Positions 10,301 to 22,865 of a stretch of DNA of 64,000 nt are shown piece by piece. Each line of letters begins with the position of its first letter. Position 1 is the stretch's first letter. A program made the position numbers and the translations under genes. Source of the stretch: Phoronis australis (lineage: Eukaryota; Animalia; Phoronida); the NCBI GenBank assembly GCA_002633005.1, contig NMRA01000277.1, positions 359,363 to 423,362 on the forward strand, given 5' to 3'. Under the pieces are notes generated by a model. It made no database searches and was not told where the DNA came from. It saw nothing but the letters and a program-made list of their open reading frames with translations.

Positions 10301-13300
10301 GATGCAGCTTTACAGCAAATAATTCTCACTTTTTATTGACTCAAGACTTTTCAAAGTACATAAAACTGTTAGTTACCAGCAGTCAACCAATATATTTTGA
10401 AATGATAATCATGAGTGAAATCAGGTTTACAGACCATATTGTCTTGCCAAAATGAACAAAATTTTATTATTATCATAATTCACATCAGATACAATAAATT
10501 CTCACCAGCTTCATTCACAATTCTGCCGACATATGAAATCTTACTTTTAATCATTTTTTGCAAAGTTACGTAGACATGCTTTATCAACAGTTTGAAAAAT
10601 TGTTGTCATTCATAGCAATATTAAAAGCCATTTAAAAGTGAAAAAGGGCAATTTTGGTGATTAATTTTGACCAATTTTGTTGATATTCTTCACTACGAGG
10701 TAGTAAACAAAAGAAAAGGACTAATTTGCAAAATGTTGGCTTGGGGAATTTTTTTTTCCCAATTTCAGTTTGGTTTAATTTTATTTGTTTATTCTAACTG
10801 CACCTGGCATGTTTTCAGCTGATTTTGAAGTAAACAACATGCTTTTATGTCCTGCAAGAACTTGTGTTGTTTCTCCTCCGTTAATTGTTGATCTACGTAG
10901 TAAGTCCCATGCTCATTGAAAATTTGCATCTTTTGGTTGTCATTGGCAACTAATTTTGTTGGGTCAAGATGAAGGATAATCATAGTGTTCACATTTACCG
11001 CACCCTGATTGGCTGGAATTGCTAAGTTGATTAACATTTCGAACATTTCGGAACTGTGCATTGGATGATCATTTAAATCTCATTTTGCAAAAAAAAATAA
11101 ACAATGACCTCACAAGCCTATGAAAAGATCCTGATGCGATTCGATTCGTCCTTCCCCTGGTTTCAGTGAATGTGATTACAGTGTGAGAGCATAATACTAT
11201 GATGTACACATATTGAGTCTGCATGTTGATTGCATTCAGACTTGACATGCATACATAATTGGGTGATACATGTGTATGGTTTTATATTTCTCATCCTTGC
11301 TACATTAACTTTATTGATCTCTTCATTCCCAGAAGTTATCCATTACACAATAATACTTTTGCAGTTTCCCTTCAACTGAAAGAATCCATGGAGTTATTGA
11401 TTTTCAAGTTTTCCATTTGATTCGGTGTGATTGTTTAAATAAATTACAAATTGAAAAGCGTTGTATGCATTGACTACAAAGTAATGACAGTTGTCTTTGA
11501 TACAGAACTATTGATTCTGTTCCAGTGTCAAAGCAAATTAATATTTTTAACTTTTTGACTCCATTTGCTATATGCTGCTATATGGATGCAGTGGACACTT
11601 GTTATGTTTGATTGGCATCAGTTAATTTCCTTACTTTGTTGTTGACGATGTGACCTATTTTGTAGAAGTTAATTGGTGATTAGTTCAAAACTAACAGTAA
11701 TTTCACTATTTGTTTAGCCTACTGTATGTCTAACTTTGGTTACATTCCTCAGTTGAGATAGCAATCATTTCTATGTACATGTATAGGCAGGTTTAAGTAA
11801 AAAAGTTCATTTGGGATTGTTATACTAAATAATTATTAGGATTCATGCATGTCAATTTGTTAAGTTTTCATACATTCGTTGGTTGGGAGATTAAAGAATA
11901 CGCTAAAATGTTGTCAATTTCAGACAAAAATTTACTTTCAAAATAGACATATTTTCACTTTCGAGGATTTCTTACCCTGTGTTTGCACTTAATTTCTCAA
12001 AGCATGGTACATGATGGTACATGATGGTACATGTACAGTAACAATGGCCATTCCAAGTACCCAGCACACCCACTTACTACTTACATGTATATGTAGGGCA
12101 TGAAATTCCTAATTAACGAATTGCAAATCTATGTTTGACAGATGACCTGCAATTAGCTTCCCTACACAATTAGCTGATGGTGGTTAGATTAGAGTTGCCT
12201 AACAAATCAAGATGTCTGTATTCACATTTTCATTTGTCTAATAGATTGTGTAATCAAATGGGTCCTAATAGTGTCTACAGCTCATAAGCCCCTTTCACAC
12301 CATGTCAGTTGTCATGATGCAACTTGATCCTGACCACTGGATCAGCATGAGTCACTTACATGAAGACTGTCTGTGTGTGCTTGCATAAACAACAGCGAAT
12401 ATGCAAACCATGTGAATTGCCAGCTGATCACCCCAATATATGCTATTGCCCAAGAGCATTAAGATGATCCTTTCCACCCTGCCAAAGTTGTGTTTAGATG
12501 TGTAATTGAAACTGGAGCAACTGATCCAGTGTAACTTAAAAAAAAAATACAAATAATTGCAGGCGGTCTGGTACACGTTGTACCAAATGTGCGCAGGCCG
12601 TGCATGTGGGCCATTGCACTGATCACCGGGAAATATTTGCTATGTTATTAATATAAATGTAACTTGCTCTTCCTATCAAACTGATGTCTAAAACTTGCCG
12701 CCGCGGTGTCACATGCTCCGCGTCAGTCGTGTTTACACGCACACTTTTACTTGATTAGCTGTTCCATGTTAGCCGCACTGTGTCAGCTGTCTCTGGTGTA
12801 AATGTGGCTGTAGTACCTTAAAAGTAACCAGATTGTGTCATGGCCATTTTGTGTTATGGTGTACATGTATATAGGTCTTCGGGCCTATAAATATTAGGAA
12901 TGTGACAATATGCATTTTTAGCAGGGATTCCACTATTTTAGATTCAATTCCTGTTTCTAACATTACATATTCATTTTTTAAGCAGTAAGTAGTTACCAAT
13001 TTTAACAACATTGTTAAATATTGATAAGATTCAAACTAAACTGTATATTTATTCACACATCTCAAAATATTCTTCAAATAATGATATTTTAATGTTTGAA
13101 AATTATTAAGTCAAAACTTTATGAGACACCTAACTGCGAAAATGGGAACTAAGGGTTGAATAGGACTGGGCCTTAGCATATCAATTTTGAAAATGGTTTC
13201 TCTCAAATCACAATTTGATCATAATTTGGTTTTGAAAAAAAATTCACTTTACCTCCATAGTGTGTCTTAAACGTGTGTGATTTAACGTAAGAATACAGTC

Positions 13301-16300
13301 TGACCATTTTCGTGTAACACACTCTGTCTGACACACTGTATTGTTTCCCTTGTTTAATAACTGGTTTGACAATTTGAGTTCTTGTGACGTTACAGACCGA
13401 GTCAGTAACACCGGACCACCTGGCTATTGACAGACCCTCGCATAAGTTCTCCGCTTTCCTCAGTAAACATTATGGATTGAAGGCACCTATACCTCAACAG
13501 AACAATTTTGCCTTGTTTGATGGATTCTTCAAAAATAGACACGGTGAGTGAAATTGATAAAGCTCTGAATTAATCCTGGTCTGACTACTAAGCAGCATAT
13601 TCTTAGGCCTGGATTTGTTTTAAGAGTAAAACCAGCACGAGTTGGATTTACACGGGCCTTAATATTTTATCGAAGGAAGGCAAACCCTGATTTTGCTGAA
13701 CTGCAATTGTACCGCAGAACCTTGTCTGAGTTAAGTGGATATCTGCCTCCTGTTTTTTTTTTTTTGTTATTTGACTTTAGGAAATCGTCAGAAATCTGAC
13801 TATCAATAGCCTAAAGTTGATGTTCTAAGCATTTGACTTTTAACAGGCTATGGGTATCTGCCACCTATTTTTTTTGTCATTTGTCTTGAATGCCTGATTA
13901 CAGAATTTCGAGATTACCGCCATAACAAGTTGTTTTTTGTGTTCACTAGACATTTCAAACAAACGTCAAGGAAAAGCAAAGCTTCATCTTTACAAGGGAA
14001 ACAACTCAAACTCAGGTACAGTACATGTGGTAAAAGTCACTTACCATGACATAACTTCTAACCACAACATAACTTATATGAAGTTTGACCCGTTTCATGG
14101 CACATTGTACTTTGAAATTAACTTGTAGAAATTTCCATCCCTTCCCTCAATAGACCTGGTTGTCATAGAATCTGATGTAAGATGCTATTGCGAGTTTGGT
14201 TTGCCCCATTAGCCATACTTCATGGCAGCACAACACTAACAAAGAATTGTGTGGTTCCTGAAAATGAATTCCTGGTGAAACTTTGTGTCAGGATCGTTTT
14301 CTACTCAAAGAAATAGGATAAAACTAGAAATTAGCCAAAATATATGCATTCGACATTAGTTCTTTTGTAGCTGTTGATGAATGGTTTTTGTAACTCTTTG
14401 AAGCGTGATTCGGGTTGTGAAGCTGGACAAAAGTGCACGCGAAAGTTTCAGAGTTGGATTGATATCTGTATTTGCCTCATCATCTTGTAACGATATAGTT
14501 CATTCATGAATTGCACGTCTTGTTGCTTGTTTTCCCTTTACAACTGGCCTTCTTAAATAAAGCATGAAAGGTTTTGAAATAGTATAATTATGTTGATTTT
14601 TAGTCTGAGTTTAATATGACGATATTGCATTTTGCCGTTAATTGTTTATCTGTGAACATACTTTTAAAGCGACTCCTCATAATTTTGGTTCGTGACGCAA
14701 AACCCCTAAACATCTTGTTGAAGTCATGGATACTTAGCTGGGTTTGGTGGGTCAAAACTTTGGCGTTTTCGACACTGTCCTGTTTATTTGAAAACTATTG
14801 TGTATCGCCTTTTGTTTAATGTGGAGCCATGATATTTCAGTTCTTCCACACCCTGCAGTAGAGGCGCTGTGGAACGTACCCGGCACGGGGCGTCAGTCCA
14901 GTCTTTCTAATAGCAACGTTCCTTTAACGGACTGTGAGAAGGAAAAGGATCTCCTTAAAGACATACCACTACCAAAAGCTGACTCTTCGGATAACATTAA
15001 TGCTCTAAACCGAGGGCCCATGCAGAGGTCTAAGTGAGGAAAAGATTATACTTTTTTGAAAGTTGCAAATTAATTACTTATTATTATTATTGTTACTGTT
15101 GTTGTTGACATTGTTACTCAACCTAATCATCATCTTGAGAGTTATGATGACTGTCACTGGTCATCATTATAAAGTTGGCATTCAATACAAATTGTCGAAG
15201 TCTGTAAAATGACCTATCACCACGGTTTTGTGTGACAGCTTAACTGACCTATCAGAACACAGCATTCTTGACACAACTTCGTTTCCAAGCGGCCATTTTA
15301 CCTGACAAACAACACGTTGCCATGTAAATCTTGCATGACATTACTGGAACATTGTTTCTCTCTACTTTTGTATTCTGTTTGAGTGAACCTGTCTTCATTG
15401 TAAGAAAACTTCCACAATTCATTTTTAAGCTAAAAATTGGCCCAGAAATTGTGAATTTAAAAGGTGTGCTAGTTTTTACCTGTGTTTTTCAGCACACTGT
15501 TCAAACACACATGACTCAGATCGTACACAATAACATGTATCTGCTAACAGTGTAATTGTTATAACCTGAGAGAATTGTTTAAGGGCAACCTTACGTAAAT
15601 TGTTTGGTGATGACTCAGGTTTCATGCACACTTTGAGTTTCAGTATTTTGCCCAATGGAAAACAGTGCCCAGGGTCTCATCTCCAGTTTCAGTCTCTACT
15701 AAGAAATCATCTATTTGTGCTGCATAATTAGAGTATAAGATTTTAGGATTACTCAAAGCATGTCATGGAATTGATCAGTTTTTGAGTCAGGTTTTGGGTG
15801 CTTCAGGTTTTGGGTGCTGAGATTTGAACCTGGCCCAGGAGTTACTTTGTACTATGTGCTTTTCCAGCTCTTTATCCAATGATTTGAAGACTTTAGCATT
15901 GGATGATAGGCGAGGGTTAGCGGCTCAGGGTAGTCGTTACAGCCGTTACGAGGCCATGGCAACACCCCCCAGTAAACCATCTAGTGCTGGGCAAAAGGCG
16001 ACACCTGGTGGTGAGATGGATATGAATAGAAAAGGTGAGTCATTGGTCTCAATGTTGAAGTAGTCTGGCTAGCTTGTCTGAGCTTGGGGATTTGGAAAAC
16101 AATGAGTTAGGCGTCAAAATTGTCTAATGACAAAACTTATCAGAGGATTCCACTATATAGTTAAAAATTGTGGAGTTGACGGTTATTGATTCTTGATCAA
16201 AATGTGTGGAATTTGATGGATTACATTTTTGACTTTGGTTTAGGAAAACCATAACATAATTATTAAGAAATAGTCTGCTATTGAAATAATTGTGTAAGTC

Positions 16301-17793
16301 TTCGATTCCGTAAAACAAGTCAAACTCCATGACTTCCATCCTTTTTCTGTTATCACGGAAAGTCGGCCACATGTTTAAAATGGCCAGTTTGCTGGGAATT
16401 GTAAATGATACCTTGGCTGAGTTTAATCAATCATACACACTGGTGAACTGCTTGTGTGAAGACTATTGAAGACAAGAAATGTTGATGATCAAGAGAAGTT
16501 TGTAATGTTAGTTGTGTCCCAGTTCTTCTTATTCGAGAAAGAAACATTCAGGGCTTGGAATTTTCCTCTTTTAGCAGAATTTAATCTTTTTTGGCTTCAA
16601 TCTTTTCTTTTTTGATTTCCAGTTTTCTCTTTCCCGTGTCTTTTTTCATTATTTTGACTTTATTCGTGCAAAAATGATACTTAAATTTTACAACACAAAA
16701 ATTACTTCTATCTCACAAGCCTAGTATTATTTTGTGGAACGATACGTCACTTGGAAATTTTTTCTCTTCATTGGTCATTCCAAGCCCTGAACATTTAACA
16801 CCAAGGAGTGGTTATCGAATTTTTGTTATTTCGTATTCAGAATCCTCTCCGCCCCCGTTACGGCGAGATGGACCACCCAAGGACTACCTGTCTTTGAACA
16901 CTCACAGGGACTATCAAACCAGGCAAGGCCATCTACGAGTGACGTCAGGAGCTACAAGTTCGTAAGTCTTCCTCCGTGGTATTTTAAGCTATGTGTGAAT
17001 GTTGCACGAATATCACTGGTCATGAATTCTAGGTGACTCTGCACCAACAACCAATGGTGTGCTAGGACTCGGTCCATATTACAGGCGTTATTTGGATTCA
17101 AATCCAGTACAGGTAGAAAATTGTGACCACAGACTGAGGTGTCTTCTAAGTTCTTTTACATCCAATTAAGCAAGATTCATTACAGTCAAATTTTGAAAAT
17201 CAAAAAACACTGGAAGTGACAAAACAGCATTTGTGTTTTAAAGGGAATATTTAATATTCCTCTACATATCAGATGACTATGGCGAGTGGGCAGTGATGTA
17301 GACATGTCAAGCACCTACTGTGTTGCTCCATTTTAAGTTGTAGGAGAATGAAATGTCCCATTATCACCCAAAACCAGTCATCTACATGTATCTGCAACAG
17401 TCAATCTCTACTTGTTTCATCCATCTTGTCAGTTTCATTTTCTGAGCAGTGTTGTATTGTTTGGAATTTCCTGCTCAAATCGACACCAAATCAAAGCTTG
17501 GGCCTATTTTCGAGTTTTTGGTAATTACATGTAGGAGTAAAAATAGAGGGTCCATCTACTTTCTTGAGTAGTTTCAAAAACTTGCTGTACATTTCAGTTA
17601 CAATCATTCATCACAGCCGCAAGGAGGAGTTGGTGATGCCAAAAACTCGCCAATAGGTGGAAGCACAGGTCAAAACTGGCATGCATCCACGGTGAACACC
17701 CCACCTGCAAAAGATGTGAAAAACGAGTCGCCGTGGTATGCTGCGCCAACCAATCACAGTGCAAAGAAATACCAAAGGACTCGACTGTGGTGA
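7309..17793 (+). CDS. ATAT1: Alpha-tubulin N-acetyltransferase 1 (MEC-17 family), 9 coding exons
   Basis: Exons 7309-7412, 8804-8956, 9567-9738, 13396-13543, 13950-14015, 14841-15033, 15868-16034, 16841-16961, 17598-17793, all GT-AG with compatible phases. Motifs [84 protein letters not shown]; ends TRLW*. Exons 5-9 (low-complexity tail) are less certain. Confidence 0.93.
12287..12809. mobile_element. Probable old MITE in ATAT1 intron 3 with a nested SINE fragment
   Basis: Imperfect TIRs agcccctttcacacca / tggtgtaaatgtggct; TSD not clear. Confidence 0.4.
12536..12652 (-). repeat. 3' fragment of the SINE family seen in full at 56031-56270
   Basis: aataattgcaggcggtctggtacacgttgtacc...cattgcactgatcacc.ggaaatattt...tattaatata aligns with 56031-56142. 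Confidence 0.7.
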
Positions 17794-20594
17794 CCTTACC
17801 CATCTTATCTCTGATTAGTTGTTGGAGTGATAGCTAATTACTTGGAAACATTTCAGTGTTGTTTTCACTTTTGTGAAGTTTTGACGAAGTGGTAAATACT
17901 TCTCAGGCTGAACCATTGGTTGTGAGTCTCTGAACCATTCCAAACCAATTTGGCTGTCAGTCTAATTTTTAAATGTGTATGGTAGCCATTGTTGTTCAAC
18001 TGGTCGATTTGTAATGACGCCAACATTTTGAAATTAGGAAGTTTAACAGTGCTTCAAATACGCGGTTTGTCAAAAAATGATTTCGATTAAGCCCACTTTC
18101 ATTGAAAATTTGGTATTAACTTGTTTCTTGAATTACTGCTTAGGAAGAATTATTTGTCATTGTACAACATGACTTGACCTGACAATTCATTTTATGCATC
18201 AACAGAGCATTGTCTTTTAAAAGCCAAGATGTTCGTTTTATTCCTGTTGTGGTACCCTGCTATAAACAGTGGCTTTGACCTTTTAACTTCACTGCATTCT
18301 TCTCTTAAATTTTGTCTTCCAATGCCACTTTTTCTGAGCATTGTGAGTTATAAGTCCTAAGTTGCGATGGTGAGCTGCAGCCATGTTTGAAACAATTTTA
18401 TATTGTTGCCATGGCAATTTTACACTTATTTTGCTGAAATTAAAATAATTGCCAAAATAACGATTCATCCATTTTCCAAAGACTGGTGGTCTTTTTGCAA
18501 ATAATGGGAGTTTTAACAAAATGTTATTTTATGACATCTTCGTACTACAATCCATGCTAGTAATAGACTCAATGGTTCTTAATCTTTATTTTTGTTGAGA
18601 AATATAAAACGAAATAGATCTTGTTAGCCGCATCGTGAGTTAATTACCACTGGTTGATAATACAAGACTGTTACATGTAGATGAGAATATTCCAAATCGA
18701 GTTGTTCTTTGTCTTTGTTTGACAACTAAGTAATATTGATGTACTCTATTCTTAAAGTGGTTCAGTGGATTCTTTGTTGTTTCCCTGTGTTCATTATTGG
18801 AACATGCCAAAACAAATCAGACAAAATTACCCATAATTCCGTCACGAGTATTCATTACTAGCAGCATTTCCTGTCGTTTTACCCAAGAACACCATCAGAG
18901 TTGCTGGAATAATGAGTCATTACAGGTCATTTCCTTGGTGATCGGGAAACAAAAGTTCAGACAAAATGACCCGGAATTCCCACTGGTGACGACTACGCAA
19001 AAGTCGAATTCATCATCAGAGTTACCTCCCCTTAATGCCTGATAACTCAGGGGAATTAACTACAAAATTTATAAGTTTGATGAGCAATTCTGTTATGATA
19101 ATTTTTGAAGGTTTAATAGTTATTACCAGTCATTTTGTAGGTATGAGGACAGAGAAACAGTATTTTGTCTTGATTACTTTTGTCAGGTTATTAGTATTGT
19201 GTACATGTGATGTGGATTTGTACTCATAGGGTGCATTTTTAAACCACATTTTTCTGACAATCTCTTGATGTTATTTGATGTGTATATTGCCACGCAGCTT
19301 GTTGCGTTAGTTACTTCATTCCAACTCACAATCAACCGAATAGAGACACCGTACTGTGTGTTGGTCGTATACATGTACACCGTATTTATAATTATTTAAA
19401 TTGTTCAAGATGTAATTTTGTTATTTTTTTATTCCATTGTCAATCAACATGACATATTTTTATTTATACCAGTGACTAGTATGATGTCAATAGAATTTTA
19501 TGTCTATTTTTGATTCTTGTTTGTAAAACGGTCCTAAAAATTGGTCGTCGTAAAGAAACTATCACCCCACTCATCTGATTATTACACAGGGTACTTAAAT
19601 GGGGAAATACATAATGAGGGGGGGAGTGTTGCGCAAATCATGGAACAATGTCGAAATCAGGGGGGACAGTGTTGAAAAAAGTGCGAATGTCTGAATGACA
19701 TCTTTGAGAAGCGAGGATGGACAATTTCCTCTAAGCCATGCTGGGTAATATTGTGAACAGTTAGGATTAGAATGTGCATGAGCCAAAACAACCGTCAGCT
19801 TTTTGTTATCCAGAGGTACATTTATGTGATTTATGTTTTCGGAGTTAAAATTAGGCTCTCAAGTGATTGGTGACAACACAGATCCTGGCATTTGTAATGA
19901 AGTCAAAATCATGGTGCAAATTAGAAGAGGATGCGTGGTTGGAACTGGAATTTCATTAAGGGCAAGCCGCGTATTCTTTAATCAGCCTCTGTACAGAGAA
20001 GAATGTGCAACAGGGGTTGCCATCTGACAGAGCTAAATTTCGATAAATGGTTGAAAGAATAGCCGAAGCGCATTTTTGACTGATAAAGTAACCAGACTTG
20101 ATTTCAACAAATGCCTGCAAGACAGTGGCGAGTGTTATCGAGTTGTAATAAAAGCACAAAAAGGACAGGCCTTTTGTTGTCTTATAGCTCAGGTCAAAGG
20201 TTAATAACTTCATTTAATCTGCCCAAGCCCACGATATTTCCAAAAAAATGCATTCCAGCCATAACAACAATCGCAACAGCAAACGGATGTGTTCCTATTT
20301 TCAAGATGAGAGAAAAACCAAATATATTGGCTAATTATTGTACTTCATTTTCCCCAAAAGTAACATCGTGACGCCCAAGCACCTCTCTGATTCACATTTC
20401 TGAGTAACTGAAGCTTTCAACTTACAAATTCATTGCAGCCACAAATATTTTACAGATACCTAAAAATAAAGCTCCAAAATGTTCAATAAGTCTTACAGTA
20501 CATTGCACACAAGGTGGCACTGCTGACAACAATGAATTTGGCAAGCTGGACAGTTTGCACATGGTGTACAGTAACTTTAAAAAATACCTGGTTT

Positions 20595-20739
20595 CAGTGC
20601 TGTAGTGGGGCGTAGGCGCAGCCAACCACCTTTTGGGATTTGAACGTATCGCCTACACACCGTAAGTTACGTTCCGCACTGCTCAAGGCGATACAGCTTT
20701 GGGCACCTACTTACCTCTAATTTTACCACTACAGCATTG
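20595..20739. mobile_element. hAT-type MITE, 145 bp
   Basis: 14 bp TIRs cagtgctgtagtgg / ccactacagcattg (1 mismatch) and perfect 8 bp TSD CCTGGTTT (20587-20594, 20740-20747). Confidence 0.8.
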
Positions 20740-21091
20740 CCTGGTTTCTCCCGATCTGTTAGTAAAAATTCCAAGGAAAAGCAATTTTGAATCACCTAAA
20801 ATACACCCGAGGTATTTGGCTATGTATTTTTGTCGAGATGAAATATAGTTGACAGTATTAATGTACTACAGAATTCTGCCATTTACTACATGTAATTATC
20901 CAGCAGGGCTAAATGATGTGTTAAACAATTTGACACCAAGGTGGTCAATCATAAAATTTCATCGCACCGTAACACTTTTGCCGAAGGAATCCTGGTAGAA
21001 ACCTGTCTGTTGTGAACAAATTGTTAAGGGCAAATCATGAAGCACAAACAGTGCCATCTATCAGAGAAAAGACTGTAAACAGAACTGTATG

Positions 21092-22007
21092 TCAGCCATC
21101 TTTTCCACCAGTGTCTATTTCCAAAGTCTGACCCAAACTCTCCAAGTCTTCATGACTTATTTCCAACGTGCCATCCTCCCAGGTCTTCACTCCTTCACCT
21201 TTTGATGCGAGTATCTCCTGGATATTCCTGAAAAGCAATATAAGGTAATGTCTTGATATACATATTATTAAACACGCGGACACAAGAATTCTGAGTTAGA
21301 AACAAGGCAACACAACTAAACTTTATGGTAAAAATTTTTCCAGTTTGGGATATTGAAAATTAATTAATTATGGCTTGAGCTTGTACCACGCTGTGCAAAT
21401 AGGCAATACTCAGATTCAAGAATCGTCAGAACAGGTTTTCTATGTAATATCTAATTCTTGATAAAGCAACAAAATGCAATAACAAAAAAAATCCTGGCAA
21501 AATGGTGTCCCATAACTTCGGGGACTTTCAAGACTTTACTATCATTTATTCTTTTAGTTACCTCTTTCCAATGTCCTTGAACCATCCTAGGTTGTCAGCA
21601 ATCAAATGATTGTTTTCACAGCCAGGACAACGAATAATGACCACACCCTCTTGGTACGCCTTCTTAGAAAATGTCTTGGCTGACCTTGTGTCACATACTT
21701 TACACGTGAACACAATAGCCAATCGTCCGCCAGCATCTACTTGGCCAAGTTTCGAATGCGACGGAGTGCAGTTTGACGAATAGTTTTTCAAGTTGTTTTG
21801 ATTGAAACTTGAAATCGGTTTTCTACACTGGTGTGTACAGCTGGTGACACCTATCAGACATCTAGTGAACTTTCTCTGTAATTGTCCCAATGGATTCCCA
21901 GTATAGCTTTTGGAACAGCTGATGCTCTGGCTATAAATGTTTGGCCAAAATAGTGCAGACCACGTTATCTTCGTGCCAAGAATTCTGTGAAGAGAGCGAC
22001 CAGCCAT
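21092..22007 (-). CDS. DNLZ: DNL-type zinc finger protein (mitochondrial Hsp70 escort protein Hep1/Zim17), 2 coding exons
   Basis: Exons 22007-21562 and 21227-21092 (GT-AG, phase 2). zf-DNL motif FTCKVCDTRSAKTFSKKAYQEGVVIIRCPGCENNHLIADNLGWF, then RNIQEILASKGE; basic N-terminal presequence. Confidence 0.93.
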
Positions 22008-22865
22008 TATTTTGTCACCCGCTGTTGCACAAAATGATAAATCTCCACATCGACACGGCCTGTAAATATGTAAATGACAGTTAATTTAATCAGCACCTCA
22101 TAGTCATGGGTAAGCAAATGCTCCATTATCATGACACCAATTCACTTTAAGGTGCTAAACGTATCATCTCACAAAACACTGACGTGGACAATCAATATAA
22201 AGAAACTCTCATAATCTATCTTTCTTGTTCAGACCCAAAGAATCGTTTGCTTATTGTGGCTTTAAATGGCATTTGACTTTGAGTACGTAAACCCATTGTA
22301 CACTGTCACTAGGAAAATGCCAAGTTTTGAATTCGTATGCCAGGTCTCTTACGGTTATGGAACTGGTCTCAAATTAAAACGATTAGTTTGCCAGCCCACC
22401 GGCCTTTCTGTCTATGATGACTGAAATCTCAAGAATAACCATCTGTAATATTATTTGGTGTTAGACTACAGTATGTTGTCTATAATCTATGCTGACACTG
22501 TAAAGTGTAACAGCAAGCTGGCTGGCTAGAATTACCTCTGACAAAAATACTTAATTTGTTGATAGAGGTAGAACTAACTTCGTCAGTCGGCCATAGTCCT
22601 AAACTATATAATTACCCCCAATACCATGCTGATCACTGATTACGATGTAACTTGTATCGAGGTCAAGCTGCTGCAGCGCCACCAAGTGTTGGTTAACATT
22701 ATTAATGAAGTGTATAATTCTTCAAATAAACGGTTTTAAAAGCATCGACATAACGAATTCCGTCACTTAGCTGAGGCTAAATACACTCAAATCCGTTTAT
22801 GACTTTATAAATGTGTATATCTGTTAGTATTTCGAATATTAATTAAGAGGACTTATTTTTTAAAA
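22008..22865. promoter_or_regulatory. Shared divergent promoter/5' UTR region of DNLZ and COQ4
   Basis: Start codons face outward 858 bp apart; minus-strand splice acceptor near 22060 suggests an upstream DNLZ UTR exon; AAAATGGCG (YY1-like) overlaps the COQ4 ATG. Confidence 0.55.
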
